Notes: a model not told the origin generated them from the sequence alone. 64,000 bases of DNA from an uncultured Candidatus Saccharibacteria bacterium (GCA_964550035.1 CAZJVU010000002.1:19653-83652), one strand, 5' to 3'. Counted from the stretch's first letter, positions 10,674-18,602 are shown. Translations and numbers: made by a program.

Positions 10674-11270
10674 TCAGACCAGCTGTTGCAGCGCCTGCCA
10701 CAGCACAGAGTTGCGGCCCCATCGCCGATCGGCGGCAGCCACCTGGTAGCACTCCTGTAGCGCACGGATCATCTTGGGGTGCAGACCGGGGCACGTCGGG
10801 TCGTCCGGTGCGGCCTCGTACTCGTACGCGATGTCGGCCGCGCTCATGGCGGCGCCGAAGTACGTGGCACCCTGAGATCCCGGGCGGCGGCTCACCATCA
10901 TCGTCGCACGCGAAGCGCGCATACCGGGTGCTGCGATGATGAGCAAGATCTCCTGCCGCGTCAAGGCCGCTCGGACCTCCGTGATCTTGCTCGCCGGCAC
11001 GAACCCCATGACAGCAGCACGCTGGAATGGCATGACGCCACCCCATGCACGGCGGTCCGGCGTGCACCCCGGCTGGGAGTTCGTCGTGACGAACCGTCCG
11101 CTCCGGTTGAGCGCTGCGAGCAGCGGCACGAGGCGCTCCGTCTCGGGTTGCACCTGCTGGTAATGCGCACGCGTGGGCATGCAGCGGATCTTCCGCTCCA
11201 ACCAATCCGCCGTGCATATACCGAGATCGAGCGGCGTACGGGCATCGATCCAGGGTTTGCCATGAGACAT
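10674..11270 (-). CDS. Hypothetical protein, DUF6919-like (GC-rich cassette)
   Basis: ET..LVP.LAALNR.G.VT..SQPG and QRAAV.GF motifs recalled for this actinobacterial family. Confidence 0.55.
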   Translation of the reverse strand: MSHGKPWIDARTPLDLGICTADWLERKIRCMPTRAHYQQVQPETERLVPLLAALNRSGRFVTTNSQPGCTPDRRAWGGVMPFQRAAVMGFVPASKITEVRAALTRQEILLIIAAPGMRASRATMMVSRRPGSQGATYFGAAMSAADIAYEYEAAPDDPTCPGLHPKMIRALQECYQVAAADRRWGRNSVLWQALQQLV

Positions 11271-11319
11271 GGCAGGTCTCCATTCTCGTTGAGGATTAGG
11301 TCCGGAAGATTATTATAAA

Positions 11320-12843
11320 CTAAACTTTTTTACTGTAAATGCTTTGCGCTGGCTCTAAACGGGTCATCACCGGATAACACACATTGCGACCTTTCCAGTT
11401 CACATCGCCGAACTCATATGTGAGCATGCTGCCGATCAGCAAGATAAGTTCTTGCAGCAATGATACCGGCATGAGCAACAATGTCACCGGCCACGTATAC
11501 TGGTGTGTCCGTACGATCACAAGTACGTATCCCAGCCACAACACAGAACATGCCGTGATAGACGGCACCAACAGCCGTGCATCATGTGGTGCGACCAGGA
11601 GCGTCACAAATGGCAGTACAAAGATCACGGCCAGCAGTAACGCACCGAGGAGCACAAGCAAAGGCTGTCGCTTGAGCGTCGGGTAGAGAAACCGGACGGC
11701 TGACTCGATCTGGCTGCTCCACTTCTTCGCGGTCGTTATACCGACCTCGTCATTGCTCACAATGAACCGGTACTGGTCGTGCACAAACAAGATACGTGCA
11801 AAGTACGCTTCTGGCACGATCTTCTGCCGGACCGCATCGAACCCACCGAGCTTGGCAAGCGTTTTCCGACGGATCAGCCATGCCTGGCTCGCGACCGGCA
11901 CACGCCGCGCCGTTACCGGCAAGGCGATTTGCCAGTAATATCGAAGTGTGGTGAGGAGCGTCGCCATGTTCCAGCCGTCTCGGCGCGTCGGCAGAACCGT
12001 GACCATTTCTTGCTTATTGCTGAGCGCATACATGATGAGCTTGGTGATGCTTTGCGGGCTCAGGTGAGTGTCGACATCGGCGAACAGCACATAGTCGCCA
12101 CTGGCTTGCTCTGCCAATGTGCGCAGGGCCTGATTCTTGCCCAGCCAACCATCGGCCGGGACATCGCCCTGGACAAATCGCACGCCTTGGTGCGCGAAGC
12201 TGCGAATGATCTCGGATGTCTTGTCCTGCGAGCAGTCGTCCAGAACGATAATCTCCAGCTTGGGGTATTCGCTGGCGACGGCTGCCTGGAGGCATGATTC
12301 GAGCGCGTGCGTCTCGTTGCGAGCGGGGATAGCGAGCGTGACGGTCGGGAGATCTCGGAGGCGTAGACCTTGGTCGAGCTTTCGCAGGCGATAATGCTTC
12401 AGCGTCCAGAATATCTGATACAGAAACGCCAGGCCGACAACCGTCGACACCAGAAGCGCCAATATGAGTAGCTTTGTATATGGCACGTCAGTCAATCGCA
12501 GCGCCTGGAGCGCCCACCAGACATCGAGCACCACCACGAACACTCCGAGCGACAGTACCGTATTCAGATGCGTGCTCCGCCGAAGAAACTCCGGTCGCAA
12601 ACGCCCAAATAGCAGTCGACCGCCAAGCAGAATCACCCACAGTCCCATAAGACACAGGAGCGTCAGCAGTAGCCGCGGAAATTCGGCCGCAAACAGGAAG
12701 GGGAAGCCCGCGAGTACAAGCCCCAAGCTTACTTCCGCCAGGATATATCGCCGCGCCCATGCCCACTTGTAGTGACTTACACCGAGCAGTACCAACAGAG
12801 ACGAAAGCGTCGGCAGGAGCCATAAGAAAAGACTCGCGTTCAT
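11320..12843 (-). CDS. Membrane-bound GT2 glycosyltransferase
   Basis: IPARNE, DDCSQDKT, GWLGKN, DVD, C-terminal WKGR; start re-assigned to MNASLF. Confidence 0.85.
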   Translation of the reverse strand: MNASLFLWLLPTLSSLLVLLGVSHYKWAWARRYILAEVSLGLVLAGFPFLFAAEFPRLLLTLLCLMGLWVILLGGRLLFGRLRPEFLRRSTHLNTVLSLGVFVVVLDVWWALQALRLTDVPYTKLLILALLVSTVVGLAFLYQIFWTLKHYRLRKLDQGLRLRDLPTVTLAIPARNETHALESCLQAAVASEYPKLEIIVLDDCSQDKTSEIIRSFAHQGVRFVQGDVPADGWLGKNQALRTLAEQASGDYVLFADVDTHLSPQSITKLIMYALSNKQEMVTVLPTRRDGWNMATLLTTLRYYWQIALPVTARRVPVASQAWLIRRKTLAKLGGFDAVRQKIVPEAYFARILFVHDQYRFIVSNDEVGITTAKKWSSQIESAVRFLYPTLKRQPLLVLLGALLLAVIFVLPFVTLLVAPHDARLLVPSITACSVLWLGYVLVIVRTHQYTWPVTLLLMPVSLLQELILLIGSMLTYEFGDVNWKGRNVCYPVMTRLEPAQSIYSKKV

Positions 12844-12933
12844 GTCTACAATAGTAGCATAGTGCTTATGGTGACAAAATACATATTTCATGCTATAATA
12901 TATTAGTCCAATCAACAGCGATTGCGAGGAAAT

Positions 12934-13290
12934 ATGCAACTGGTACGCGTTATCGTCCGCGGGCCCGAAGTCATCCCCACCGACCCCAAAGGTGTGGACT
13001 TCGGGGGCGTCACCTACAAGCGCGAGGAGGCAACCACGAAGGCCATCTACATGGCGCTCAGGGTGCCGAGCCGCCGTGACCGTTTCCAGTGGACCCGACC
13101 GGACGACGAGAAGATGCAGGTCACCAAGATGCAGCTTCCGTTCAGCAAGGAAGTGATCCTCGAGTTCTGCAGCGGCACTTGCATCGACAAGATCGTGGAT
13201 GCGGTGGCGAGAGCCGGCTCTGACGACGCAAAGGCTGTTCTGGAGGTCTCTCCGCTCCTGAGGCACATGGAGAAGTACTCCAGGATCTGA
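12934..13290 (+). CDS. Hypothetical protein (GC-rich cassette)
   Basis: GAGG RBS, upstream TATAAT, downstream GC hairpin about 13306-13354. Confidence 0.6.
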   Translation: MQLVRVIVRGPEVIPTDPKGVDFGGVTYKREEATTKAIYMALRVPSRRDRFQWTRPDDEKMQVTKMQLPFSKEVILEFCSGTCIDKIVDAVARAGSDDAKAVLEVSPLLRHMEKYSRI

Positions 13291-13440
13291 CTCGCCGGAC
13301 ACATCGACGCCCGGCCCCAGCCCACTCCCCGCGAGTGTGGCCGGGGCCGGCGTCCGACCCCTTGACCAATGAACTTATTTGCTCTATTATTGACATCGAC
13401 GCCTACAACTCACTGTAGGCTATTTAAATTGGAGAAAATT

Positions 13441-13749
13441 GTGGCTGAAAACCAACCAAAAGCTACAAACCTCACTGGGAACAAGAAAAAAGCCGACCTC
13501 CTGAAGCGCGAAGTAAACGTATCAGGAAGCGGAAAACTGTCGCGCAAGGTTCGCGCGCCACGCTGGATCCGCGCTATTGGCGGCTACTTCAAAGGGAGCT
13601 GGCAAGAGCTTCGTGAGGTTAGCTGGCCAACTCGCAAAGCAACTTGGGGTATGACGCTTGCCGTTATGCTATTTACCTTGGTGCTGGCAGTGATCATCTT
13701 GCTCCTAGACCTGGGATTTGAACAACTATTTAAGAGGATAATTTTGTAA
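13441..13749 (+). CDS. secE: Preprotein translocase SecE
   Basis: YFKGSWQELREVSWPTRK plus TM; directly upstream of nusG. Confidence 0.92.
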   Translation: MAENQPKATNLTGNKKKADLLKREVNVSGSGKLSRKVRAPRWIRAIGGYFKGSWQELREVSWPTRKATWGMTLAVMLFTLVLAVIILLLDLGFEQLFKRIIL

Positions 13750-13751
13750 TT

Positions 13752-14297
13752 ATGAGCAGCCAACGCTACGACTCAACCCGTCAGTGGTACGCCATCCATA
13801 CGTACTCTGGCTACGAAGAAAAAGTCGCCGAGAGCATTCGCCAGCGCGTGGATTCAGTCGACATGGCCGACAAGATCTTCGATGTGATGGTTCCGAAGGA
13901 AAAACAGATCGAGATCAAAAACGGTAAGCGCAAGATCGTCGAGAAGAAAATCTTCCAAGGCTACGTCCTTGTCGAGATGAAGATGACCGAAGACGCGTGG
14001 TACATTATCCGCAATACCCCAGGCGTCACTGGCTTCGTCGGGAGCGGCACTGAGCCGACTCCGGTCAGCGAAGAAGAAATGGCCAAAATCAAGAAGCGCA
14101 TGGGCGTTGCCGAGCCAAAACACCGTATCGACTTTACGGTTGGCGAGGTCGTCAGCATTGTGGATGGTCCGTTCAAGGGCTTCGACGGCGCTATCAACGA
14201 GATCGACACCCAAAAGGGCAAGATCAAAGTCCTGGTCAGCATGTTTGGCCGCGACACTCCTGTAGAGCTCGACGCGCTGCAGGTCAAAAAAGTCTAG
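13752..14297 (+). CDS. nusG: Transcription factor NusG
   Basis: WYAIHTYSGYE, RNTPGVTGFVG, KOW DGPFKGFDG, MFGRDTPVEL. Confidence 0.98.
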   Translation: MSSQRYDSTRQWYAIHTYSGYEEKVAESIRQRVDSVDMADKIFDVMVPKEKQIEIKNGKRKIVEKKIFQGYVLVEMKMTEDAWYIIRNTPGVTGFVGSGTEPTPVSEEEMAKIKKRMGVAEPKHRIDFTVGEVVSIVDGPFKGFDGAINEIDTQKGKIKVLVSMFGRDTPVELDALQVKKV

Positions 14298-14317
14298 GCT
14301 AGCCAACTCTGGCACCT

Positions 14318-14347
14318 CTAAAGAACGCTCTTTCACGGGCGTTCTTT
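14318..14347 (+). terminator. nusG terminator hairpin (IS target)
   Basis: taaagaacgctc-tttcac-gggcgttcttt; the 3' arm is the duplicated target. Confidence 0.75.
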
Positions 14348-14350
14348 GGC

Positions 14351-14373
14351 AGTTGCTTACATCACTCAACCAA
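14351..14373 (+). repeat. IS terminal inverted repeat (left)
   Basis: 22/23 match to reverse complement of 18188-18210. Confidence 0.92.
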
Positions 14374-14403
14374 CAGGGCGAAGTGATGCAGTGAGCCGTA
14401 AGG

Positions 14404-14652
14404 CTATCGTCCCTGCTTATATTTCGCGTAACTTACCAAGAGATTGAACGACTGCGTAAGGCTCAAGACCTGATCTTCGCTCATGCGATGTTCTGATTGA
14501 GCTAGCTTTTCCTCGAACCACTCATTGTCGATAGACTCATCCGCAGCAGCTACTTCGTCTATAAACTTGAAGTAACGCTCCTTGTCTAAACTATGAGCAG
14601 ACTCAGGGAACTGGCTAATCCAAAAATCGAATGCTTGATTGACTTTATCCAT
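14404..14652 (-). CDS. Passenger hypothetical protein, 82 aa
   Basis: Last ORF of a tightly packed minus-strand trio. Confidence 0.65.
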   Translation of the reverse strand: MDKVNQAFDFWISQFPESAHSLDKERYFKFIDEVAAADESIDNEWFEEKLAQSEHRMSEDQVLSLTQSFNLLVSYAKYKQGR

Positions 14653-14655
14653 ATT

Positions 14656-14766
14656 CTATTTCTTCCGTTTCTTTTTTACTGGTGGCAGCAGCACATCCAT
14701 GACGGCATCAAAAGACTTCGGTATTTTCGGCTTACCCTTGTTGGGTTTGTTCTTACTGCTTGCCAT
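14656..14766 (-). CDS. Small basic peptide, 36 aa (MASSKNKPNKGKPKIPKSFDAVMDVLLPPVKKKRKK)
   Basis: Manual translation; fills the gap between neighbours with 3-4 nt spacing. Confidence 0.6.
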   Translation of the reverse strand: MASSKNKPNKGKPKIPKSFDAVMDVLLPPVKKKRKK

Positions 14767-14770
14767 ATAT

Positions 14771-15268
14771 CTATTTTACCATCTCTTTGCCGAGTGCGTG
14801 TTGCGCCACGAATACTCGTGCTTGCTGCCCATGCTTCTTGATGAAGCCGTCCGCCATCGAGCGCACACCAGAACCCGCGCTGCCTTCTAGCTCAATCTCG
14901 AGCACAATCTCACCGGTAGTCGTGACGAACACGTTCTTGAAACTCGTAGTCGTCTTGCCAGTCGCCTTCGGAGCCGCCAACGAGAACACGCCCAGCGTCA
15001 TCATGCGAGTCGCCGTGAGCCTTTGACCTCCGCCTTGAGTCTCACGCTCAACACCTGTCTCAAAGCGTATGACCTCATCCCAGCTAAAGTGTGCGATAGG
15101 GCTGTTATCTCCAAGGCCACTCTTATCACCAATCGATACGTCTATCCCTGCGGCGACCATTGCTAGGCGAAGTGAACGATGATAGCCAGGTATGCCTGGA
15201 TGTGTGCCGAAGTACTCGCCACCTATCTCAAGCTTCGCCTCCTTTGGTTTGCGTTTGAATAAGCCCAT
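14771..15268 (-). CDS. Passenger protein, PH-like fold, prophage-accessory type
   Basis: AGGAGG RBS; YFGTHP and RLTATRMMTLGVFSLAAPK motifs. Confidence 0.7.
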   Translation of the reverse strand: MGLFKRKPKEAKLEIGGEYFGTHPGIPGYHRSLRLAMVAAGIDVSIGDKSGLGDNSPIAHFSWDEVIRFETGVERETQGGGQRLTATRMMTLGVFSLAAPKATGKTTTSFKNVFVTTTGEIVLEIELEGSAGSGVRSMADGFIKKHGQQARVFVAQHALGKEMVK

Positions 15269-15298
15269 ACTGCCTCCTTGATTTAGAAGCGGTGCAAA

Positions 15299-15436
15299 TT
15301 AAAAAGGACACCGCACTAGGTGTCTAAGCCGGTAATAGGTTGTGCCTACTACTTGTCGCGCGGTGCCCATTTCAATGGCACAACCGCGCAGCTATATGCT
15401 TGCGCAATGTATTCACTATTACCAACTTAGACATCC
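15299..15436 (-). promoter_or_regulatory. Structured leader RNA with alternative antiterminator/terminator pairings
   Basis: -10 TATAAT (rc 15439-15444); long stem 15416-15436/15319-15338 with G-U pairs valid only on the minus strand; inner hairpin 15358-15389; terminator GACACC/GGUGUC plus U run. Confidence 0.65.
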
Positions 15437-15506
15437 TGATTATAACAGAAGCCACATCATTGAGCTTCTCTTAACAAACACCCATCGATTGCCCTACGAT
15501 GGGAGC

Positions 15507-15728
15507 ATGAAAGAACAGCCAGACCCACAAGAACTCGTATTGGTTAAAGTCGAAGAGGTGAATCTTATGATGAACCTCCTTTACGCTCGTGACCGGGAGG
15601 GTAACATCTGGCGCACGCTACAAGACAATGGCCGGCTCGGCGAGTGGCGCTTATTCATGAAGGCTAAGGACGTACCGCGACCGACACTAACGTTTGACAA
15701 GATAGTAAACAGTAGTAAATCTACTTAA
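15507..15728 (+). CDS. Passenger hypothetical protein, 73 aa
   Basis: ATG after GGGAG; divergent from the leader. Confidence 0.5.
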   Translation: MKEQPDPQELVLVKVEEVNLMMNLLYARDREGNIWRTLQDNGRLGEWRLFMKAKDVPRPTLTFDKIVNSSKST

Positions 15729-15782
15729 ATAGTAGCGGTTGCGATATAGCCATAGGTACGTAAAGCGTTTACAATGTAGATA

Positions 15783-16196
15783 ATGACTAAGGTAAATTAT
15801 TTTGTGATAGCGGAAGACGTTATTAAGGCTGAGGATGGAAGTATAACCATCGTTAGGATATACAACCGACTATTTACTGAAAAATTACCCTACGAGCACC
15901 CTCCGCTCGCTTTAGCTATGGGATTTATTCCTGATGATGGCGTTGTAGAGAATGATAAGGTTAAGTTTAAGCTTACTATGACAGCGCCGAGCGGAGTGAT
16001 AGCCGCCGAGATGGAGGGGGTCGCCAAGCGAGTCATCCCAAAGGGCGATGACGGGCAAGAACATGAGATAGCATCCTTTGTTGACCTTGGCAAGGACCTA
16101 CGGCTACCTGAATTGGGTGTGTATACATTCAACTTATCTTGTGGTGACAAGAAAATAGCTGAAAACAAGTTTGAACTAGTTAAAAAGGAGAAATAG
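15783..16196 (+). CDS. Passenger beta-sandwich protein, DUF6941-like
   Basis: YFVIAEDV...GSITIVRIYN...LP..HP...LPELGVYTFNL pattern. Confidence 0.65.
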   Translation: MTKVNYFVIAEDVIKAEDGSITIVRIYNRLFTEKLPYEHPPLALAMGFIPDDGVVENDKVKFKLTMTAPSGVIAAEMEGVAKRVIPKGDDGQEHEIASFVDLGKDLRLPELGVYTFNLSCGDKKIAENKFELVKKEK

Positions 16197-16582
16197 TGGA
16201 CCACGCTCAGCCCCACATGGAACGCTACCTAACAACTAAAGTTGATTTTTCCCAGCAGGCCGATGGAAGCCCTGAGCATATCCGAGGAGATATCGCATGG
16301 CATCCTGCCGCCGTTCAGAAAGGTATCGCCAGCACTGCCACCTTTAACCTGGCTCGAAAAATAGGGTCCTTTTACGGCTTGAGTTTTCAACATTATCCTG
16401 TACTTACCGTTGCTATGAATGGGTTGGCCCTCATTAGCCTAGGTGGTTTCGCACAATACTTAGCCACAGACAGCTCCTTAGTACATCCATTTGCACTGGT
16501 GTGGGGAATGGTGGGCTTCGGAGGTATGGCACTAGTTATTGGTAAGGCGTCAAAATATATTCATGAGCGACGCAAGCAATAA
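16196..16582 (+). CDS. Passenger membrane protein (2 C-terminal TM)
   Basis: Two hydrophobic helices; abuts the previous stop. Confidence 0.6.
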   Translation: MDHAQPHMERYLTTKVDFSQQADGSPEHIRGDIAWHPAAVQKGIASTATFNLARKIGSFYGLSFQHYPVLTVAMNGLALISLGGFAQYLATDSSLVHPFALVWGMVGFGGMALVIGKASKYIHERRKQ

Positions 16583-16882
16583 TTGGATTAGCTTTCTAAA
16601 AACTGCTTGGAGGGCAGAAAACCAGACGGCTCATGGCCGCCTTAATCTTCGCGTAACCATACTCCTTATCTTGATGTGTGGTATATTTTTCATTCCGAGT
16701 ATAGCTGAGATTGCTAGCGCAACAATACTAACGCTATGCGACAAAAAGCCTCTTGAATTTTTCCCCATTTGGTACGGAATGTTACTAGTCGAGGTACCTT
16801 TGTACTGGCCGTAGTGTGTTTATTTGTAGTAGGCAAAGCAGAGAATAATATTCAGCCTCCAAGCACCGGTACACAACCGTAA
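16563..16882 (+). pseudogene. Passenger 2-TM protein with apparent 1-nt deletion near 16790
   Basis: Frame stops at 16814, but the -1 frame continues the TM helix (GTFVLAVVCLFVVGKAENN...QP*) to 16882. Confidence 0.5.
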
Positions 16883-16905
16883 TACCCAATTCTTGTGTGG
16901 TGTGG

Positions 16906-17862
16906 TTAAAGAAGTTTTAACTGCACTGGCATCATAGCTCGCTTGCGTGCCCACCCGCGCAGCGCTAATGGCTGCACAGCCTTCTTGCCGAGCATCTTCT
17001 TGTACGGCAATGTCTTACCCCATGCCAGGTCAAACCACTTTGCAAAGCGCTCGCCATCGCTAAGGCTACGGTAGTTAAACTTGAACTGGAAGCTACCGAT
17101 AAGGTACGACGACAGGTATTTGCCACTCAAATGCATGTGCACGCGAATCTTGCGGCGCACCAACATCCAGGCGTTCTCGATGTGGTTCGTTGTAATACCC
17201 ATGTGAACGTACTGCTTTTGGCTGTGGTTAATACTGTCGTGTTTGTAGCGATATTGAATCATGCGGTAGATACGGCTTTCATCTGTTGCTACGGTAGCGT
17301 TCGGGGCGATATGAGCGTTAAAGAAGTCCATTGCTACGGTGCTATCGGGCTGCTTAACCACCTCTAACGCCACGCGCCCGTTCGGCACCTGCTCAATACC
17401 GCCCATGACGGCGTGCTTCCTTGAGTAACGTGCCGTACTGCGGCCTTTCGCCCTACTTCCGTGATACATTTCGTCAACGGCCACGTGCTTCTCAAGCACG
17501 ATATTCTCTTCCTTCATGCCTTCCATGATGCGGTGGACGAGGTGTTGGGCTGTCTTGCGAGTGACACCTATCTTCTTGGCCATCTTGAGCGTAGACAGGT
17601 CGTCAGTGGTTTGTAGGTAAATCGCCATAAACCATTTCTTGAGCGGGAGGTGCGTGTCCTGAAAGACAGTACCAACTAATGGCGAGAACTGCTTTTTGCA
17701 GTCAGCGCACTTGAACAAGCGGCGGGTCTTGCAGGTGTACACGTCTACGGAGCCACAGTTAATACACGCTAGGCCATCGGGCCAGCGCTTCTGTATGACA
17801 TATTCAAAACAAGCGTCCTCATCTGGAAAACGCTCGTGGAAATTGAGCAGGTTCAAGTCCAT
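16906..17862 (-). CDS. IS1595-family DDE transposase
   Basis: RWPDG..CINC...FKCADC Zn ribbon, GTVFQDTHLPL..WF, HTH, VDEMYHG / TDESRIY / TNHIENAW triad. Confidence 0.96.
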   Translation of the reverse strand: MDLNLLNFHERFPDEDACFEYVIQKRWPDGLACINCGSVDVYTCKTRRLFKCADCKKQFSPLVGTVFQDTHLPLKKWFMAIYLQTTDDLSTLKMAKKIGVTRKTAQHLVHRIMEGMKEENIVLEKHVAVDEMYHGSRAKGRSTARYSRKHAVMGGIEQVPNGRVALEVVKQPDSTVAMDFFNAHIAPNATVATDESRIYRMIQYRYKHDSINHSQKQYVHMGITTNHIENAWMLVRRKIRVHMHLSGKYLSSYLIGSFQFKFNYRSLSDGERFAKWFDLAWGKTLPYKKMLGKKAVQPLALRGWARKRAMMPVQLKLL

Positions 17863-17939
17863 ATTGAATAGTATTATACAATTTTTTACCATAATTAACA
17901 AACACACATCATAGGATTAGTGCGCCTCGAATCAGAGCG

Positions 17940-17997
17940 TGCTATAATAAAAGCACGCAATACTGGCAGAGGCTCCTTTGGGGCCTCTTACCTTTTT
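17940..17997 (+). ncRNA. Putative ~43-nt antisense sRNA with extended -10 promoter and intrinsic terminator
   Basis: TGcTATAAT at 17940-17948; CGCAATACTGGC at 17956-17967 is complementary to the tRNA anticodon arm; hairpin agaggctcc-tttg-gggcctct plus T run. Confidence 0.65.
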
Positions 17998-18035
17998 AAG
18001 ACGTTCTTGTTTCTATTTTGGTTAAAAAATAATGT

Positions 18036-18110
18036 CACCCGAGGCGGGACTTGAACCCACAACCTCCCAGTTTCGCAATACTGGCGCTCTGTCCATTTGA
18101 GCTACCGGGC
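18036..18110 (-). tRNA. Aberrant tRNA-Arg(GCG)-like gene with 8-nt anticodon loop and a 1-nt-short 5' acceptor strand
   Basis: GCCCGG TA GCTC AAATGGACA GAGC G CCAGT ATTGCGAA ACTGG GAGGTT GTGGG TTCAAGT CCCGC CTCGGGT G; A20 Arg determinant; upstream TGtTACACT promoter. Confidence 0.75.
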
Positions 18111-18187
18111 CTATGTTCGTAGTGTAACATAGGTTTCTTGTCATTTAGCTACAGCTATGGTGTGGTAAGTATTTGGCTTCAGCTACT

Positions 18188-18210
18188 TTGGTTGAGTGAT
18201 GTAAACAACT
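18188..18210 (-). repeat. IS terminal inverted repeat (right)
   Basis: Pairs with 14351-14373. Confidence 0.92.
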
Positions 18211-18290
18211 CTGCGTTCTTTAGTATTGCTTAAGTATGAACTTTATTTTATAATTGATATCCGGCATTGACCAGATCGAAGGGGGTCGCC

Positions 18291-18566
18291 ATGGCTACCC
18301 AGATGGAACGAGAAATCGTTCAGAAAGCGGAAGGTGACGTCGACCGGCTGAGAGAGCTCATCGACAGCTACCACAAGAACGACGAGGAAATCGCTGCGCC
18401 TCACGACGACCTGCTCGACGCAGCACGCGCAGCCGTGGAGCGTGGCAGCGACGTCGGAGGTATCTTCGGGGAAGTGGTGCGCGGGCATGCCTACGCCTAC
18501 TTCCTGTCGGAGCGAAACCGCGCCAAGCATTGGAAGTACTTCGTCAACCTCATCGCACAGCTCTAG
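18291..18566 (+). CDS. Hypothetical helical protein (GC-rich)
   Basis: TATAAT and GGGGG RBS upstream; coding-like GC3 bias. Confidence 0.6.
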   Translation: MATQMEREIVQKAEGDVDRLRELIDSYHKNDEEIAAPHDDLLDAARAAVERGSDVGGIFGEVVRGHAYAYFLSERNRAKHWKYFVNLIAQL

Positions 18567-18602
18567 CGTCATCCAACCCACCACCAGAGAAAGTGTAGGT
18601 AC

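Larger units (their letters stand above)
14348..18213 (-). mobile_element. IS1595-family transposon with passenger genes and ncRNAs
   Basis: TIR agttgcttacatcactcaaccaa (14351-14373) vs reverse complement of 18188-18210, 22/23 identical; DR cgttcttt at 14340-14347 and 18214-18221; internal IS1595 transposase; AT-richer than flanks. Confidence 0.92.

Noticed and set aside
12844-13302. N-terminal extension of the 660-aa GT2 ORF
   Set aside because: It runs through a promoter region and antisense to a plus-strand gene; the real start is at about 12843.
14659-14685. SV40-like NLS (PPVKKKRKK)
   Set aside because: Basic tails are common in small bacterial peptides; no eukaryotic context.
15337-15344. 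8-nt complementarity between the leader (CACAACCU) and the tRNA variable/T region (AGGUUGUG)
   Set aside because: Short, and partly buried in the T stem; plausibly chance.
16780-16814. Suppression of the passenger frameshift by the 8-nt-loop tRNA
   Set aside because: The lesion needs a -1 shift and there is no CGC codon at the site.
16906-17862. Six in-frame CGC-A sites in the transposase as targets of the tRNA
   Set aside because: CGC is the common Arg codon here; enrichment cannot be shown by eye.
18036-18110. tRNA as a prophage or island attachment site
   Set aside because: No duplicated tRNA 3' end and no integrase; the gene lies inside the IS TIRs.
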